Shown here: one piece after another, positions 31,770-41,835 of the stretch
How positions within the stretch are numbered: position 1 is the stretch's first letter
Layout: each line of letters starts with the position of its first letter
Source of the DNA: an uncultured delta proteobacterium
Lineage (GTDB): Bacteria > Desulfobacterota > Binatia > Binatales > Binataceae
NCBI GenBank assembly: GCA_963805315.1
Contig: CAWDTQ010000013.1
Location: 6,090 to 70,089 of the forward strand
Length of the DNA: 64,000 nt
Reading direction: 5' to 3'
Notes under the pieces: model-generated
Database searches by the model: none
What the model was told of the DNA's origin: nothing
Seen by the model: only the letters and a program-made list of their open reading frames with translations
Translations under genes and position numbers: made by a program

Positions 31770-33140
31770 CTACAGAATATAGCGCGAAAGATCCTCGTCC
31801 TTGACGATTGGATCGAGGCGGCCGTGAACGTACCCGGAGTCCACCGTCAGTTCCTTGTCCTGCAGCTCGGGCGCGTTGAACGACAGCTCTTCGAGCAGCC
31901 GCTCGAGGACAGTATGCAGCCGCCGCGCGCCGATATTCTCCGAGCGCGCGTTGACCTTGGCCGCGATTTCCGCCAACGCTGCGACGCCGTCGTCGGTGAA
32001 GCGTACTTTCACGCCCTCGGTTTCCATCAGCGCGACGTATTGGCGGGTCAGCGCGTTCTCGGGCTCGGTGAGGATGCGAATGAAGTCGTCGCGCGTTAGC
32101 GCCTTCAGCTCGACGCGAATCGGAAAGCGTCCCTGGAACTCGGGAATCAGGTCCGACGGCTTCGAGGTGTGAAATGCGCCCGACGCGACGAACAAAATGT
32201 GGTCGGTCTTCACCGCGCCGTATTTCGTGTTGACCGTCGAGCCTTCGACGATTGGCAGCAGGTCGCGCTGCACGCCCTCGCGCGAGACGTCCGGGCCGTG
32301 CGATTCGCGCCCGGCAATTTTGTCTATCTCGTCGATGAACACGATGCCCGACTGCTCCGCGCGCGTGATCGCCTCGTGCGCGACCGCCTCCATATCGACC
32401 AACCGCGCCGCTTCCTCCGTCGTCAGCAGCTCGAGCGCCTCGGGGATTTTCACTTTGCGCGTGCGCGTCTTCTTGGGCATGAGCTGATTCATCAGCTCCT
32501 TCATGTTGAGTCCCATCTCTTCCATGCCTTGCGGCGTGAAGACTTCGATATTCGGCGCGGCGTTCGCGCTGACTTCGAGCTCGACTTCGCGATCGTTGAG
32601 GTGCCCGCCGTTGAGCAGCTTGCGCAACTTCTCGCGCGTGTCCTTGTGGGAGTCGTTGTCGGCGACCTCTATATGTCCCTCCGACGTGACTGCCGCGGGA
32701 CGGCGAACTTTGGTCGGGGCCGGGAACAGCAGATCGAGCAAGCGTTCCTCGGCATTCTCGCGCGCCTTGACCGCGACGCGATCGCGCGCCTCTTCGCGCA
32801 CAATCTTGACCGCACACTCGGCGAGGTCGCGGATCATCGACTCGACGTCGCGCCCGACGTAGCCGACTTCCGTGTAGCGCGACGCCTCCACCTTGACGAA
32901 CGGCGCCTGCGCCAGCCGCGCGAGCCGTCGCGCAATTTCCGTCTTGCCGACGCCGGTGGGTCCGATCATGAGGATATTCTTCGGCGCAATTTCGTCGCGC
33001 AATTCCGGCGCGACATTCTGCCGCCGCCATCGGTTGCGCAGCGCGATCGCGACTGCGCGCTTCGCGTCATGCTGCCCGACGATATAGCGGTCGAGCTCCG
33101 AGACGATCTCGCGCGGCGTCATTACCTGGGGAACTGCCAT
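31770..33140 (-). CDS. hslU: ATP-dependent protease ATPase subunit HslU
   Basis: [17 protein letters not shown]. Walker A motif GPTGVGKT. Overall ClpY-like sequence. Confidence 0.9.
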   Translation of the reverse strand: MAVPQVMTPREIVSELDRYIVGQHDAKRAVAIALRNRWRRQNVAPELRDEIAPKNILMIGPTGVGKTEIARRLARLAQAPFVKVEASRYTEVGYVGRDVESMIRDLAECAVKIVREEARDRVAVKARENAEERLLDLLFPAPTKVRRPAAVTSEGHIEVADNDSHKDTREKLRKLLNGGHLNDREVELEVSANAAPNIEVFTPQGMEEMGLNMKELMNQLMPKKTRTRKVKIPEALELLTTEEAARLVDMEAVAHEAITRAEQSGIVFIDEIDKIAGRESHGPDVSREGVQRDLLPIVEGSTVNTKYGAVKTDHILFVASGAFHTSKPSDLIPEFQGRFPIRVELKALTRDDFIRILTEPENALTRQYVALMETEGVKVRFTDDGVAALAEIAAKVNARSENIGARRLHTVLERLLEELSFNAPELQDKELTVDSGYVHGRLDPIVKDEDLSRYIL

Positions 33141-33159
33141 AACTTCCTGAAGGTACCGC

Positions 33160-33732
33160 CTACAATTCTTCGAAAACAAATTGGTCGTTGGTGTAAACGC
33201 AAACTTCCGACGCGATTTTCATCGCGCCTTCAGCGATCTGGCGCGCCGTCATCCCGGAGCCGTGCCGAATCAGCGCGCGCGCGGCAGACAGCGCATAGTT
33301 GCCGCCCGATCCGATCGCCAATATTCCATCGTCGGGCTCGAGCACGTCGCCGACGCCCGAAATCAGCAGCGAGCTCTCCTTGTCCGCGACCACCAGCATC
33401 GCCTCGAGCCGCCGCAGGATTCGATCGGTGCGCCAGTCCTTGGCCAGCTCGACCGCCGCGCGCCGCAGCACTCCATTATATTCCTGCAGCTTCGATTCGA
33501 ACTTGTCGAACAGCGTCAGCGCGTCGGCCGTCGAGCCCGCGAATCCCGCCAGCACGCGATCCTGATGCAGCCGGCGCACTTTCTTCGCCTTGCTCTTCAT
33601 GATCGTTTGCCCGACGCTCACCTGACCGTCACCCGCGATGACGACGTGGCCCTCGTGGCGCACGCTCAGAATCGTCGTGTGGCGAATTTCGGCGCCCGGC
33701 TCGATACCCCTGTCAGACTCGTGGGAAGGCAC
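33160..33732 (-). CDS. hslV: ATP-dependent protease subunit HslV
   Basis: Motif [21 protein letters not shown] ... GSGG. No ATG precedes the catalytic Thr. The ORF opens at a GTG 17 codons upstream. Confidence 0.8.
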   Translation of the reverse strand: MPSHESDRGIEPGAEIRHTTILSVRHEGHVVIAGDGQVSVGQTIMKSKAKKVRRLHQDRVLAGFAGSTADALTLFDKFESKLQEYNGVLRRAAVELAKDWRTDRILRRLEAMLVVADKESSLLISGVGDVLEPDDGILAIGSGGNYALSAARALIRHGSGMTARQIAEGAMKIASEVCVYTNDQFVFEEL

Positions 33733-34649
33733 GTCGATAAACCTCTTTCAAATGATTCACGCTGACATGAGTATAGCGCTGCGTCGTCGCCAGGCTCGCA
33801 TGACCGAGCATCTCCTGTATCGACCTCAGGTCGGCGCCATTGCCAAGCATATGCGTCGCGAAAGAATGACGCAGCCCGTGCGGGGTGACGCCCGCGCGTT
33901 ACGCCGGCCGCCTCGATTCTGCGCTGCAGGATCATCTCGACGCTGCGCGTGGTCAGCCGTCCGCCGCGAAGATTCGTTATCACGGGACCGTTCGCATCCC
34001 ACGCTACCGGCATCGCGCGACGCCACGCCCGCAATGCATCCAGCGCAGGCTCGCCGAGCGGTACCAGCCGATCCTTGTTGCCCTTGCCCGCGCGCACCAT
34101 CACCATCCCGAGCTCTTCGTCGATATCGCGCCAGTCCAGCCCGACCAGCTCGCCGACGCGCAGGCCCGACGAGTACAGCGTCTCGAACATCGCGCGATCG
34201 CGCAGCGTCGCGGGCGTCGAGTCGTCGGGCGACGGTGAAAGCGAAAATTCGATCAGCCGGCGAACTTCGTCCTCCTGCAGTATTGACGGCAAGCCCCGCA
34301 CATTTTTCGGCGAGCGAATCGTTCGCGCGGGACTCGCCGCGCCAATCGTCGTTTCGCGATAACGGAAAAATGCCTTGATCGCGCTCAGTCGGCGCTGGAC
34401 GGTGGCGCGGGCTGCTTTGTTCTTCATCAATTCGGCCAGGTAGCTGCGAACGTGATCCGCGGTGATGCTCGCGACGTCGATCTCGTCGACGCGCTTGCCG
34501 ACCATCGCGGCCCGCTCGAGCAAAAAACTTCGGAACGCGAGCAGGTCGCGGCGATAGTTCGTCACCGTATTTTCGGCCGCGCGCGACGCCTTCTTCAGCG
34601 CCGCCGCAAATGCGTTCACCTCGGCCTCCATCGTCTCGCGCGCACCCAT
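33713..34649 (-). CDS. xerC: Tyrosine recombinase XerC (one-base indel in a CCCC run near 33890)
   Basis: The N-terminal and central domains are in the ORF-track frame. The canonical C-terminus ([12 protein letters not shown] ... [15 protein letters not shown], stop at 33713) lies in an adjacent frame. Confidence 0.8.
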
Positions 34650-34762
34650 TTGAGCGGCTATGCTATCAGCGGCGATTCGGCTGAAAAAGCGTGCATTTCC
34701 CAAGCCGGTCGCGTTCTCGTCTCGCGGAGCACCATGCCGCACGAACTACTCGACGCTGCGCT

Positions 34763-35062
34763 ATGAACTGTTGGCATTGCGCCCGGAAAATCGAAGTCGT
34801 TGTCGTTGCAGGCGAGCGCATCGGCTTTCGCGACGAGTGCCCCGGATGCGGCCGAGCGCTCCACTCATGTCGCAACTGCGGCTTTTACGATCCGGCCTAC
34901 AACAACAGTTGCCGCGAGCCGATGGCGGAGCGGGTCGTGGACAAGGAACGATTCAACTTCTGCGAATATTTTATTCCGGGCCACGCGGCCGCGAAGCCGT
35001 CCGCGAGAGCGAAGACCGGCGCGCAGGACAAGCTGGAGGCTCTGTTCAAGAAAAAATCATGA
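34763..35062 (+). CDS. Small Cys-rich zinc-ribbon protein
   Basis: MNCWHCARKIE ... ECPGCGR ... CRNCGF ... CREP. Four CxxC-like pairs in about 100 aa. Confidence 0.4.
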   Translation: MNCWHCARKIEVVVVAGERIGFRDECPGCGRALHSCRNCGFYDPAYNNSCREPMAERVVDKERFNFCEYFIPGHAAAKPSARAKTGAQDKLEALFKKKS

Positions 35063-35487
35063 CATCCCGGATATTCCAGCTTCGTGACCGATGCGCCCAG
35101 ATTCTTTTCGTCGCTGCCTTCTCCGCGATTGTCGCCACCGGATGTCATCCGGTCAACAGCGCGCGCGGCGTCGTCGATAGGTTCATCGACCAATATTATG
35201 TCGCGATCGATCTGAAAGCGGCTGAGCCATTCTGCACCGGTCTCGCACTCGACAAGCTTCATCACGAGATGACGTTGATCGGCAATCAGAAGATCGACGA
35301 GAACACGCGCAAGCCGGTCGTGCACTACAAGCTGACCGCCGAGCGCGACGCCACCGACCACATCGAGTTCCTGTTTCGCGCGACCATCGACGTGCCCGAA
35401 GGCGGCACCTTCAATCGCAACTGGCTGATTACGGCGCGCAAAGAGGCCGATACGTGGAAAGTCTCGAACTTCGATGACTACGAATAG
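35059..35487 (+). CDS. Hypothetical lipoprotein
   Basis: Signal peptide with lipobox (ATGCH). 142 aa. Confidence 0.45.
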   Translation: MTSRIFQLRDRCAQILFVAAFSAIVATGCHPVNSARGVVDRFIDQYYVAIDLKAAEPFCTGLALDKLHHEMTLIGNQKIDENTRKPVVHYKLTAERDATDHIEFLFRATIDVPEGGTFNRNWLITARKEADTWKVSNFDDYE

Positions 35488-36914
35488 CCTCGCAGCGATC
35501 ATTCTCGCCGCCGGCAAGGGAACCAGGATGCGCTCGAAGCGCGCCAAGGTCCTGCACGAGCTTGGCGGAGAGCCGATGATCGCGCGCGCTGTTCGTGCAC
35601 TCGCCGCGCTGGAGCCCGACCCCGTCGTGATCGTCGTCGGCCACCAGGCGCGCGAAGTCGAAGCCGCCGCGAACTCCTCGAAGGTGCGATTTGCGCTCCA
35701 GGAGCCTCAGCGCGGTACGGGCGACGCCGTGCGATGCGCCCTCGGCCAGCTTCCCGCAAACTTCGCCGGCGACGTGCTGATCACTTACGGCGACATGCCC
35801 GCTATCACGTCGGCGACGTTGCGCGCTTTCCTCGACGCACATCGAAAGCGCGGCACCAAGCTCTCCTTCATCAGTGTCATGCTCGACGATCCCGCCGCAT
35901 ACGGCCGCGTCATTCGCGACGCGTCCGGCAACGTCGACAAAATCGTCGAGCACCGCGACGCGTCGCCCGCCGAGCGCGCCGTCAAGGAAATCAACACCGG
36001 CTGTTACATCGTCGATAGCGGTCTGCTTCGATCCGCGCTCGCGGAACTGAAGCCGGCCAACGCGCAGGAGGAGTACTACCTGACAGATATAATTGCGATT
36101 GCGCGTGCGCTCAGTGAAAACGAAAAAATTGAGGCGTGGGTTGCCACCGACCCGGCGGAATTCGCCGGCGTCAACTCGCGCGAGGAGCTGGCCAATATGG
36201 AAGCGGAAATTCGTGCGGCTGTTAACCGAAAGCTGATGCAATCCGGCGTGACGCTTCGTCGATCCCGCGACTGCATACATCTCCGAGCAAGCCCAAGTCG
36301 CGCCCGACTGCGTGATCGGTCCCAACGTCCAGATTCTCGGCGCGTGCAAGCTCGGCGAGGGCGTGCGAATCGACGGCACCGCGTGGCTGAGCAACGTGAC
36401 GGTCGGCCCGCGATGCCATCTGAAGCTGGGAGTGCGCGCCGAGGATTGCGTCATCGGCGAGGAATCCGAAATCGGACCGTTCGCCAACTTGCGCGCCGGC
36501 ACCGAACTCGCCGGCCACAATCGCATCGGCAATTTCGTCGAGACCAAAAAAGCGCGCCTCGGACGCGGCACCAAGGCCAGCCACTTGAGCTACCTCGGCG
36601 ACGCCACCATCGGCGCCGACACCAACGTCGGATGCGGCGTCATCACCGTGAACTACGACGGCTACGACAAGCATCACACGGAAATCGGTGACCGCTGCAT
36701 GGTCGGATGCGACACGCAGCTCGTCGCGCCGGTCAAGGTCGGCAGCGACGTGTACGTCGCCTCAGGCACGACGATTGTCCGCGAGGTGCCCGACGGCGCG
36801 CTCGTGATGTCCCATCATCCGCAACGCGAAAAAGCCGGCTGGATAGCAACTTGGCGCAAACGCCACAACGACAGCCCCGACGGCAGCCTACTGCGCAACA
36901 AAAAACATGACTAA
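35474..36914 (+). CDS. glmU: Bifunctional UDP-GlcNAc pyrophosphorylase / GlcN-1-P acetyltransferase (frameshift near 36260)
   Basis: N-terminal LAAGKGTRM nucleotidyltransferase domain. The C-terminal left-handed beta-helix hexapeptide repeats lie in ORF 36312..36914. Confidence 0.85.
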
Positions 36915-36997
36915 CACTTGGCTTGTACTGACTCGCCCATGCGAGAATAATCATCACAACGAGGTGACGGTCGAGGCGATAGAAAACAAAGTGCGAG

Positions 36998-37160
36998 AGT
37001 AGCGCCAGGACTCATGGCCGCAACGCCGTGAGTTGACGAGGTGGAAGCAGTATCGAGAGATTCGGCGGATGGCTTCCCGGCTCCACAGTCGATAGAGGCG
37101 AGGATTGAAACCGCGCGGGTGACCGCGCGACAAAACGCGCCTTAAGTGGCAGAGCATCGG
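36998..37160 (+). ncRNA. glmS_ribozyme: glmS ribozyme (GlcN6P-responsive self-cleaving riboswitch) in the glmS 5' leader
   Basis: AGCGCCAGGACU lies at the 5' end (predicted cleavage 5' of G37002). The conserved core GUUGACGAGG.GGA.G..UAUCGA...UUCGGCGGAUGGCUUCCCGGCU and a P4 element AGGAUUGAAACCGCGCGGGUGACCGCGCGACAAAACG follow. All were read directly and match the known consensus. Confidence 0.85.
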
Positions 37161-37274
37161 CTCTGACGTGATTTCCTAAACTCTCCCGAAAATCATTTCG
37201 CTATCGCTCCGTCCGTATGGGTTCGGACAACTCCGTAACCTTCCCTGCAAATCAGGGGAAAGGAGCGAACGATC

Positions 37275-39107
37275 ATGTGCGGAATAATCGGATACGTCGG
37301 ACCGAGCGAGGCTTACCCCATCCTGCTCGCAGGGCTCGGACGCCTGGAGTATCGCGGCTACGACTCGGCCGGCGTCGCTACGATCGTCGACGGCGGCAAG
37401 CTGGAAATTCGTCGCGCCAAGGGCAAGCTCGAAAACCTGCGCCACCTGCTGGCCGACTCGCCCATTCAGGGCCACATCGGAATCGGGCACACGCGATGGG
37501 CGACGCACGGCCGCCCGTCGGAGGAAAATGCGCATCCGCACAAAGCCGGTCCGGTCGCGGTCATCCACAACGGCATCGTCGAGAATTTCGTCGAGCTGCG
37601 CGCCGAACTGCTCGCGCGCGGCCACAAGCTCAGCTCAGAGACTGATACAGAGCTGATCTCGCATCTGATCGAGGAGAAGCTCAAAGGCGGTCGCGGCTTG
37701 ACCGAGGCCGTGCGCGAGGCCGTCCTGCGAATCCGCGGTTCGTTCTCGATCGTCGTGCTGTCGGAAACCGAGCCCGACAAGCTGGTCGCCGCCAAGACAG
37801 CGACGCCGCTGGTGTTGGGGCTTGGCGACGGCGAGAACTTTATCGCGTCGGATATCCCCGCGATTCTCGAACACACGCGCCGCGCGATCGTCCTCGAGGA
37901 CGGCGAGCTGGCCGAGGTCACCGCGGCCACAGCGCGCATCATGAAGTTCGACGGCACCGCAGTCACTCGCGCGCCGCGACAAGTCGAGTGGGACGCCGTC
38001 GCCGCGACCAAGGGCGGCTTTCGCCATTACCTGCGCAAGGAAATCAACGACCAGCCGCAGGCGTGGATCGACACGATGGCCGGCCGCGCGGACGCCGGCT
38101 CACCCCTCGTGCGTTTCGAAGGCGAACTGCTGCCGCCGGGTGGTCCCGCGTCGATCGGGCGGATCGTGATGCTGGGTGCGGGCGCGTCGTGGATCACGGC
38201 GCAGGTGGCCAAGTTCATGATCGAGGAGCTCGCCGCGATTCCGGTCGAGGTCGACTACTCATCCGAGTTCCGCTATCGGCGGCCGCCGATTGACGACCAC
38301 ACGATGATCATCGCCGTGTCGCAGTCAGGCGAGACCGCCGACACGATCGCCGCGATGGAAGAAGGACGCGCGCGCGGGGCGCATCTGCTGGCGATCACCA
38401 ACACCGTGGACTCGTCGATCGCGCGCAAAGCCGACGCGCAGTTGTACACGCGATGCGGCCCCGAGACGAGCGTGACGACCACCAAATGCTTTCTCACGCA
38501 GCTCGAGGCGTACTACCTGTTCGCGATTCATCTGGCGGCGCGGATGGGACGTCTTTCAGAATCCGATTCCGGGAAATTGTTGCAGCCGGCGTTCGCGATT
38601 CCCGGACAGATCAAAACTATCTTCGAGAACGAGCCGAATATTCAGGCGATCGCGCGCAAGTACGCGCCAGCGCGGGACTTCCTGTTCCTCGGCCGCGGCA
38701 TCAACTACCCGATTGCGCTCGAGGGCGCGCTCAAGCTGAAGGAAATTTCCTACATTCACGCCGAGGGTTACTCGGCGGGCGAGATGAAGCATGGGCCGAT
38801 CGCGCTAATCGACGACAAGATGCCGGTGGCCGTGATAATTCCCAACGATGATCTGTTCGAGAAGTCGATGTCGAATCTCAAGGAGGTCGAATCGCGCAAC
38901 GGCCGGATTATCGCGGTGACCAATCGAGCGACCCCCGAGCTCAGGAGCGTCGCAGCGGAAGTTATCGAAGTGCCGGAGACCAACCGGATGCTGACCCCCG
39001 TGCTGATGACCGTGCCGCTGCAACTGCTCGCCTACCACATAGCGTCAGAACGCGGCACCGACGTAGACCAGCCGCGGAACCTCGCGAAGTCAGTAACAGT
39101 CGAGTAA
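37275..39107 (+). CDS. glmS: Glutamine--fructose-6-phosphate aminotransferase
   Basis: MCGIIGYVG N-terminal nucleophile. Two SIS domains. 610 aa. Confidence 0.95.
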   Translation: MCGIIGYVGPSEAYPILLAGLGRLEYRGYDSAGVATIVDGGKLEIRRAKGKLENLRHLLADSPIQGHIGIGHTRWATHGRPSEENAHPHKAGPVAVIHNGIVENFVELRAELLARGHKLSSETDTELISHLIEEKLKGGRGLTEAVREAVLRIRGSFSIVVLSETEPDKLVAAKTATPLVLGLGDGENFIASDIPAILEHTRRAIVLEDGELAEVTAATARIMKFDGTAVTRAPRQVEWDAVAATKGGFRHYLRKEINDQPQAWIDTMAGRADAGSPLVRFEGELLPPGGPASIGRIVMLGAGASWITAQVAKFMIEELAAIPVEVDYSSEFRYRRPPIDDHTMIIAVSQSGETADTIAAMEEGRARGAHLLAITNTVDSSIARKADAQLYTRCGPETSVTTTKCFLTQLEAYYLFAIHLAARMGRLSESDSGKLLQPAFAIPGQIKTIFENEPNIQAIARKYAPARDFLFLGRGINYPIALEGALKLKEISYIHAEGYSAGEMKHGPIALIDDKMPVAVIIPNDDLFEKSMSNLKEVESRNGRIIAVTNRATPELRSVAAEVIEVPETNRMLTPVLMTVPLQLLAYHIASERGTDVDQPRNLAKSVTVE

Positions 39108-39120
39108 CGCGGCGCGGGTA

Positions 39121-39825
39121 CTAGTTCAGGACTTTGCCGAATCTGTCCCAGCGGAACGGTAACAATCCTTGACCGTCGTGATCCCATGAGAAGTAGATCA
39201 TCGACGCGCGGCCTTCGACGTCGTTCTCGTCGGCGAAGCCCCAGAAGCGGCTGTCGAAGCTGTCGTCGCGATTGTCGCCCATCATGAAAAGCCGCCCGGG
39301 CGGCACCACCACCGGCCCCGGATCGAGCTCCGGATGGCGCGGATCTCGCGACGGAAAATTGTCGGTCGGCGAGAACGGTGAGCGCGCAGCTTCACGCTGC
39401 GCGAAGAACGCGTGCGGATCGGGCACCCGCGCGCCGTTACGCCATACGACGCCGTCGATCACCTGGATCCTGTCGCCCGGCAGGCCGATCACGCGCTTGA
39501 TCAGGTCGACGCCGCGCTCGCGCGGAGACTCGAACACGAGGATGTCGCCGTGATGAATCGACCCCAGATGCATCACGTACTTCCCGGTCGAAAAACCCGG
39601 CACCGGCAGGCCCGCGATCGAATCGGGGATGCGCAGACCGTAGGCGAGCTTGTTTACAAAAATATGATCGCCCACCAGAATGGTCGGCTCCATCGAACCT
39701 GACGGAATCACGTATGCCTGCACGAAAGAGGACCGCATGACGATCGCGAGTATCAGCGCGATGCCTACCGACTCGGCGTATTGCCGCGCGGTCGATTTCG
39801 GCGGGCGTTGTTTTGGGCTTGTCAT
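39121..39825 (-). CDS. lepB: Signal peptidase I
   Basis: Catalytic motifs SGSMEPT (Ser box) and GDNRDDSFDSR (Box E) are present. Confidence 0.85.
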   Translation of the reverse strand: MTSPKQRPPKSTARQYAESVGIALILAIVMRSSFVQAYVIPSGSMEPTILVGDHIFVNKLAYGLRIPDSIAGLPVPGFSTGKYVMHLGSIHHGDILVFESPRERGVDLIKRVIGLPGDRIQVIDGVVWRNGARVPDPHAFFAQREAARSPFSPTDNFPSRDPRHPELDPGPVVVPPGRLFMMGDNRDDSFDSRFWGFADENDVEGRASMIYFSWDHDGQGLLPFRWDRFGKVLN

Positions 39826-39904
39826 CGATTACTCCTCTGGATTGTCCACTATGGCATTGAAATCGTCGCAGTCGAATAGCGCCGCGACGTACAGGAACCG
39901 GAAA

Positions 39905-40519
39905 TTAGTCGGGGCGTAGCTTGCGCAAGCCGAAGAGCAGGCGTTGGGCGCCGGTTACTATTTCCAGCGTGGCCATCGCGTAGCAAAGTAGCGGGCCGAT
40001 TGGGCGCAGGATCGGAGTTGCTTCCACCAGGCCGAGTACAACGAAAAAAATCATTGCTTCGGTGCGCTCGAGGATTCCGGGCGGGTACTCGATCAATTTT
40101 GCGCCCGGTCCTTCCAGCGCGGCGCCCACCGCCAGGAATATCGTGATGTTCACGTACCAGGTCGCAACCAGGACAAGCGCCGGGAAGTAGAGCGCGGGGT
40201 CGCGCCATGCGATGCCGACTATCACGCACGCCTCGACGAGGCGATCTGCGGAGAGGTCGAGCACGCCGCCGACTGCACTCGGCGCGGCGCATTCGCGGGC
40301 GATGGTGCCGTCGAGCGCGTCGAAGGCGGCGCTGAATCCGAGCGCAACGATCGCCCAGGTTGTGTGGGTGGACGCGAACGCGATGCCCGACGCGATGCCG
40401 CACAGCGCAGCGAGAATCGTGGCGACGTTCGCGGTGATGCCTGCGCGGAAGAGCGCGCGAGCGCATCGCGACTGGACGCGCTTGATGTCGGGATTCGCGC
40501 CAAGAATGGAGTCAAGCAT
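39905..40519 (-). CDS. CDP-alcohol phosphatidyltransferase family protein
   Basis: Motif D-x2-DG-x2-AR (FDALDGTIAR) in a polytopic membrane protein. Confidence 0.7.
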   Translation of the reverse strand: MLDSILGANPDIKRVQSRCARALFRAGITANVATILAALCGIASGIAFASTHTTWAIVALGFSAAFDALDGTIARECAAPSAVGGVLDLSADRLVEACVIVGIAWRDPALYFPALVLVATWYVNITIFLAVGAALEGPGAKLIEYPPGILERTEAMIFFVVLGLVEATPILRPIGPLLCYAMATLEIVTGAQRLLFGLRKLRPD

Positions 40520-40611
40520 CTGTTGTGTTGCCGAATCGTCGGAACGACAATTGTAAGAGAGAGTCCCCGGACGCGACCAAGGTTCCAGACGACGGACGCA
40601 TTAGCAAGGGC

Positions 40612-41424
40612 ATGATTACGCTACGAGTGCATCGATGGATTGTCGCAACGTTCGCGATAGCCGTGACGATGGCCTGCGCGCGGCCAGCGTATTCAGCCGA
40701 GGCGCTCAGCTTTCCGCCGACCAGTTTTACGATTCTGAATCCCGATACCGGCGTCGCGATTGGGCGCAGCCGATACCGTGTCGACAGTACCGCCGACGGC
40801 GGGACGCTGCACGGCGAGAACGGATACTTTGATCGTCAGACCGACGTCGAGACCGCGCATATCCAGGTGGCATCCAGCGGGCAGCCGAAGCTGACCGAAT
40901 TCGATCACACGTACTACAATGCTGACGGATCGATCCTGAAACGGGCGCACCTGGATCTGAAGACGGGCGCCGGGACTTGTATCGACAACTCGAACGGGCA
41001 AAAGAGCGAACAGTCTGAGGTGCTCACTATCCCGGAGGACACTTGGGCGGGCGCGAGCATCGTGATTCCGATCCAGAGATTTCTGCGGGCGGGCGACAAG
41101 GGCGTCAGCCGTCCGCTGCATGCGTTCAGCTGCGCGCCGAGCCCGAAGATAATTGCGATCAGCGTGAACGTCGACCCGGGAAATGCGGTGTGGACTTCTT
41201 ACGGCGCCGAGGCGATCCGAGTCGAAGTGCGGCCGGATTTTGGATTGCTAAACTTTGTGGTCGCGGCCTTCGTCCCCAAGCTTCATGCGTGGTTCGATCC
41301 GAACGACGGGCTCGCGTTCATCGGCGACGAAGCGGCGCGCTATTACCGGGGCCAGCCGATCATGCTCGTGAAGAAGCACTCCCAAGTCGGCGACGAGCAG
41401 TACGGCGGGCGTCGAGCGAAATAG
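40612..41424 (+). CDS. Secreted hypothetical protein
   Basis: Signal peptide (VATFAIAVTMACA). 270 aa. No confident domain. Confidence 0.4.
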   Translation: MITLRVHRWIVATFAIAVTMACARPAYSAEALSFPPTSFTILNPDTGVAIGRSRYRVDSTADGGTLHGENGYFDRQTDVETAHIQVASSGQPKLTEFDHTYYNADGSILKRAHLDLKTGAGTCIDNSNGQKSEQSEVLTIPEDTWAGASIVIPIQRFLRAGDKGVSRPLHAFSCAPSPKIIAISVNVDPGNAVWTSYGAEAIRVEVRPDFGLLNFVVAAFVPKLHAWFDPNDGLAFIGDEAARYYRGQPIMLVKKHSQVGDEQYGGRRAK

Positions 41425-41445
41425 CGAAATCGATTCTAAAAGGAT

Positions 41446-41733
41446 CTAAAAGTGGACGATGCCCTCGCCGTCGACGTGACGCGCGCTTTTCGCGGCTTTG
41501 GGCTTTCGATATACAAACGAAATCTTGCACTGCGGGCAGGTGCCTTCGGGCGATTGGCCGCTGCGACGGATCAGTTTGATGTAACGCACGGCCCCGTCGT
41601 CGCACAGGTGACCGGCGACGGGGAAGTCGTACACGGTACGGACCGTGACCTTCTCGCTCACAACTCGGCTAGCACTCCCCACGTCAGTAGTCTCTCCCCT
41701 TAGTGATACGCACGACAACTTTTTTTGTTTCAA
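41446..41733 (-). CDS. Small hypothetical protein with C-x2-C ... CPQC zinc-ribbon-like motif
   Basis: HLCDDG ... CPQC. Start uncertain. Confidence 0.3.
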   Translation of the reverse strand: MKQKKLSCVSLRGETTDVGSASRVVSEKVTVRTVYDFPVAGHLCDDGAVRYIKLIRRSGQSPEGTCPQCKISFVYRKPKAAKSARHVDGEGIVHF

Positions 41734-41835
41734 CTCTGCAACACTTCAAGCGACGACAATCAAACTCGAATGAAACAAGATAATGAAATCGCGCTGTCGA
41801 TCAATCCCTTTTGATGACAATTTCGAAAAATATTT

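Noticed and set aside
36954-37625. Small minus-strand ORFs (36954..37157, 37176..37625) over the glmS leader and start
   Set aside because: They overlap the glmS ribozyme and the glmS coding start. No coding signal.
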